From Spirochaetia bacterium (GTDB taxonomy: Bacteria; Spirochaetota; Spirochaetia; UBA9216): a stretch of 64,000 nucleotides of DNA. How positions within the stretch are numbered: the first letter of the stretch is position 1; every line of letters begins with the position of its first letter. The stretch spans positions 832,001 to 896,000 of the forward strand of contig OZ223264.1 in NCBI GenBank assembly GCA_965140585.1. The letters run 5' to 3'. A program made the position numbers and the translations under genes. The notes under the pieces were generated by a model, which made no database searches, had not been told where the DNA came from, and saw only the letters and a program-made list of their open reading frames with translations. This document shows positions 60,755-64,000 of this stretch, in pieces.

Positions 60755-61636
60755 ATGGGCACAGGAACCGAACAAATGAAAAAACTGCTTCTTGAATATC
60801 TTCCAAAAGAGAAAGCTGTTGATACTGCAATAAGGGGAGTCAGAATCTTCAGGCGTGATGAGCCCTATGATCCGAAGCCTCTTATATATAAGCCCCAGAT
60901 TATTATCCTGGCCCAGGGACGGAAGGACCTTTACATTGGTGATAGGAAATATACCTATGATGCTGATAACTACATAGTTTTGACTGTACCTCTTCCTGTT
61001 GTCTGTGAAGCAATTATAAAGAAGGGAGAACCGATGCTCGGAATGGTGATAGAAATAGAACCGCAGATTATCGGAGAGATCCTTTATGAGATGGATGTGG
61101 AGCCTGTGAAGAAGCCGGTGCTGAATAACAGCATGTATCAGGCTGCAGTGTCGGATGAGATTATTGATGCTGCTTTACGGCTTTTAAAGACCCTCAGATC
61201 AAAAAATGAAACTAGAATTCTTGGTCAGATCTATGTGAAAGAAATTCTGTTCAAAGTTCTTAACGGTGAGCATGGGGAGATTCTGAAGGAACTTGCTTTC
61301 AATAACAGGAGCCTTTACCAGATTTCAAGAGCTATAAACAGGATTCATGAAGATTTTCCCAAGCCTCTTGAGGTTCAGACTCTGGCAAAGGAAGCGGGAA
61401 TGAGTGTTTCCACCTTCCACAGCAACTTTAAAGATATTACCAGTACCTCGCCTCTTCAGTATATAAAGAATATCCGGCTACATAAGGCCAAGGAACTGAT
61501 TCAGCAGGAAGGTGAGAAGGTATACGAAGCCGCTGTAAGAGTGGGCTATGAGAGTTCTTCCCAGTTCAACAGGGAGTATAAACGGCTTTTTGGAATTACA
61601 CCGGCAAAGGATAGTGTTGCCAGTCCGGTTCATTAA
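60755..61636 (+). CDS. AraC family regulator (AraC_N/YqhC-like)
   Basis: YKPQIIILAQGRK, LAKEAGMSVSTFH, SPLQYIK, VGYESSSQFNREYKRLFG. Confidence 0.93.
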   Translation: MGTGTEQMKKLLLEYLPKEKAVDTAIRGVRIFRRDEPYDPKPLIYKPQIIILAQGRKDLYIGDRKYTYDADNYIVLTVPLPVVCEAIIKKGEPMLGMVIEIEPQIIGEILYEMDVEPVKKPVLNNSMYQAAVSDEIIDAALRLLKTLRSKNETRILGQIYVKEILFKVLNGEHGEILKELAFNNRSLYQISRAINRIHEDFPKPLEVQTLAKEAGMSVSTFHSNFKDITSTSPLQYIKNIRLHKAKELIQQEGEKVYEAAVRVGYESSSQFNREYKRLFGITPAKDSVASPVH

Positions 61637-61694
61637 AAAAACTTTTAATTTAACCCGCTGTGAAATACATGATAATATAGCTCAGGAGTGAAAC

Positions 61695-62417
61695 ATGAAA
61701 CAGCCGCATATATTATGTGATTCAGAAGATGTAGCAGAAAGAGTTCTTCTGCCCGGAGATCCTGCCCGTGTGTTCAGGGTAGCAGAGCTCCTTGATAATG
61801 TCCGTGAGATTGCATTCAATAGGGAGTTCAGGACTGTAACCGGAAGCTATAGGGGGACTCCTGTGACAGTTACTTCAACTGGTATAGGCGGGGCATCGGC
61901 AGTTATTGCAGTTGAAGAACTTGCAGCCTGCGGGGCAAAGTCCTTCATCAGAATTGGCAGCTGCGGAGCCTGTCAGCCGGGAATTGCCCTTGGTGATCTG
62001 GTTATTTCAACCGGTTCCGTACGTGAGGACGGGGCTTCCGTGATGTACGCCCCGAAAGAGTTTCCGGCTGTTCCTGACTTCTCACTTTTATCGGCTCTTG
62101 TTAAAGCCTGTTCCGATGCCGGTTATTCTTATCATACCGGGATTACACGCAGCCATGATTCCTTCTATATAGATCATGAGGCTGAGCTGATGCGCAGGTG
62201 GAACAGTCTGGGAGTTATGGCCTCGGACATGGAAACCTCTGCACTCTTTACGCTTGCATCAATCCGCCGGGTTCGGGCGGCATCAATCCTTAATAATGTT
62301 GTATTGTATGAGGGCGATGTGAAGGAAGGAGTCGGTGACTATGTTGATGAAGCTGCCGCAGCCGCTGAGGGAGAAAAGAAGGAAATCCTTGCAGCACTGA
62401 ATGCCTTGGTAATCTGA
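61695..62417 (+). CDS. Nucleoside (uridine) phosphorylase family
   Basis: LLPGDPAR, NREF, STGIGGAS, RIGSCG, DSFY, DMET. Confidence 0.92.
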   Translation: MKQPHILCDSEDVAERVLLPGDPARVFRVAELLDNVREIAFNREFRTVTGSYRGTPVTVTSTGIGGASAVIAVEELAACGAKSFIRIGSCGACQPGIALGDLVISTGSVREDGASVMYAPKEFPAVPDFSLLSALVKACSDAGYSYHTGITRSHDSFYIDHEAELMRRWNSLGVMASDMETSALFTLASIRRVRAASILNNVVLYEGDVKEGVGDYVDEAAAAAEGEKKEILAALNALVI

Positions 62418-62419
62418 AC

Positions 62420-62722
62420 TCATCCTCCGCCGAGCAGAACCTTGAAGATAATCTTCTCACCATCTGAAACTTCAGTCCTGTCCAGTGCATAGGGGCCGAT
62501 CACCTCACCCATATACTCGGTTTTAATCGGATGCCGCATCATTTTCCTGTTATGATCGAATATTTTATCCCAAAGTTCCGGAGTCTCTTTATAAAGACTG
62601 GTAATAATATCAGCGATTGAGTCTCCTGAATTAAACTTGGTTTTTACAGTATAGGGGCCGGGTTTTTCTGTCTGAAAGTGATAGGAAAGAGGCGGATAAA
62701 TCTGAACTTCGGCTTTAGGCAT
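62420..62722 (-). CDS. MoaD/ThiS-like beta-grasp protein
   Basis: 100 aa ending DGEKIIFKVLLGGG; GGAG RBS. Confidence 0.65.
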   Translation of the reverse strand: MPKAEVQIYPPLSYHFQTEKPGPYTVKTKFNSGDSIADIITSLYKETPELWDKIFDHNRKMMRHPIKTEYMGEVIGPYALDRTEVSDGEKIIFKVLLGGG

Positions 62723-62823
62723 TTCTGATATCTCCGGTGAGTTATCATACCAAACTTTATTAAATTTTTCATCATTAGCTATTGTTTATTAATACTCCTG
62801 AATATAGATTCAAATTATATATT

Positions 62824-64000
62824 ATGAACAGACCTACATATTTAAATATACTTATGGCTGCTACATTTCTATTCAGCCTGGCAACCGGAATGGTTAGTTT
62901 TGCAATTGTTTTTTACGTAAAGCAGCGTTTTGATGCTGATCATACTATGATAGGTATGATTACTTCAGGACAAACTCTTTTCTATATAATAGGAGTTCTT
63001 GCTTTTTCCCTTAATAAAAATACGCATCCAAGGTATTTTCTCGGTTTTTCCGCCCTTGGTATGGCTGTATTGTTAACTGTCTACCAGATTTTTCCATACT
63101 GGCGTCTCACCCTTATTTGCGGATGTCTGTACGGACTCTTTATGGCTCTTTTCTGGCCGCGAATTTCAGGCTGGGTATCCTGGGGTCTTGAGGGTAATAA
63201 CCTGAGTAAAACCATGTCCCAGTATAATTTTTCGTGGTCTACTGGGGGAATTATTGCTCCGGCAGTCAGTGGTTTTCTTACCGAGCGAAATATTGTTCTA
63301 CCATTTATTTCAACTATATTTATGCTGCTGTTTATAGGACTGCTTCTTTTTATATTTTCACGTATCTATCCGGAAATGAGAAAGGGGCAGGCGGAAATCA
63401 GAAAAGCAAGAGTAAAGGCTCTGGAAGTGGGTGAAGAACCTGCCGATACAGATCCGGAAATCGGAACCACTCAGATGACTCCGCTCAGGTTTCCTGCGAG
63501 GCTTGGTGTGATTTCGACCTTTGTAATTTCCGGGATGATAGTTTTTATTTTTCCGGCATATATGAGGGAAAGTCTTGGCTACCGGGAAGGGATAATCGGT
63601 TTTTTCCTTCTGTTCAGACAGATCTTTTCAACTGCGGGCTTTATTCTCTGGGGGAAATGGAAGGGCTGGCATTTTAAGCCGCGACTGATTCTTTTTAATC
63701 AGATACTCACTGTACTGACACTTGCCCTGCTTATGGTATCCAGGACTCCTGCAGCCCTGCTTGTTTTCTTCGGTGTGATGGGATTTAATCTCAGCTTTTC
63801 CTATACTCTGGGACAGTTTTACGGAGCAACCGGAAGTACCAACCGGGAACGCAGTATGGCTATGCATGAGGGAGTGATTAACCTGGGAATAATTGTAGGA
63901 ACGTTCTTCGGCGGAATAATCAGTGACGGGAAGGGCATGTCTGTGACGCTTTTTTCTTTCCTTATTGTCTGCACTGCCTTGCTAATCGCCCAGTTCATTC
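62824..64000 (+). CDS. MFS transporter (runs off the window end)
   Basis: Hydrophobic reading frame from ATG 62824 (MNRPTYLNILMAATFLFSLATG..ALFWPRISGW); absent from the ORF track, consistent with no stop inside the window. Confidence 0.8.
   Translation, partial: MNRPTYLNILMAATFLFSLATGMVSFAIVFYVKQRFDADHTMIGMITSGQTLFYIIGVLAFSLNKNTHPRYFLGFSALGMAVLLTVYQIFPYWRLTLICGCLYGLFMALFWPRISGWVSWGLEGNNLSKTMSQYNFSWSTGGIIAPAVSGFLTERNIVLPFISTIFMLLFIGLLLFIFSRIYPEMRKGQAEIRKARVKALEVGEEPADTDPEIGTTQMTPLRFPARLGVISTFVISGMIVFIFPAYMRESLGYREGIIGFFLLFRQIFSTAGFILWGKWKGWHFKPRLILFNQILTVLTLALLMVSRTPAALLVFFGVMGFNLSFSYTLGQFYGATGSTNRERSMAMHEGVINLGIIVGTFFGGIISDGKGMSVTLFSFLIVCTALLIAQFI

Overview
Bacterial chromosomal window, probably from a free-living spirochaete (inferred from 'FAEGQQE/FAGGKQE'-type exported-protein N-termini and gene content; not verified). 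1-22.6 kb: MCP, YibE/F plus alkaline phosphatase, GH36, and an 11-kb DeoR operon joining sorbose/sorbitol-phosphate-type enzymes to a complete 2-oxoacid-dehydrogenase-type complex, a PHP hydrolase and a rhamnulokinase-family kinase; then an orphan TaqI-like methyltransferase. 22.7-29.8 kb: AT-rich decaying island with TetR, a fucose-isomerase-like gene, nested IS3 remnants, IS5, an integron-type gene cassette (GFA gene + attC), a broken IS481 and metE-like/metR pseudogenes. 29.9-44 kb: ferritin, DUF4125/DUF4037, an ABC-2 exporter and a catabolic cluster bracketed by two apparently identical 956-bp copies of a DapA-family gene. 44-64 kb: intact Dam-family methylase with a dead partner gene cut by a second IS5, an ester-hydrolase/Opp-ABC cluster, a decaying AraC-linked cupin-CMD-AKR operon, a nucleoside phosphorylase, a MoaD/ThiS-like gene and a partial MFS gene. 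No rRNA, tRNA or CRISPR array was seen. All family calls come from motif recognition by eye, not database searches.
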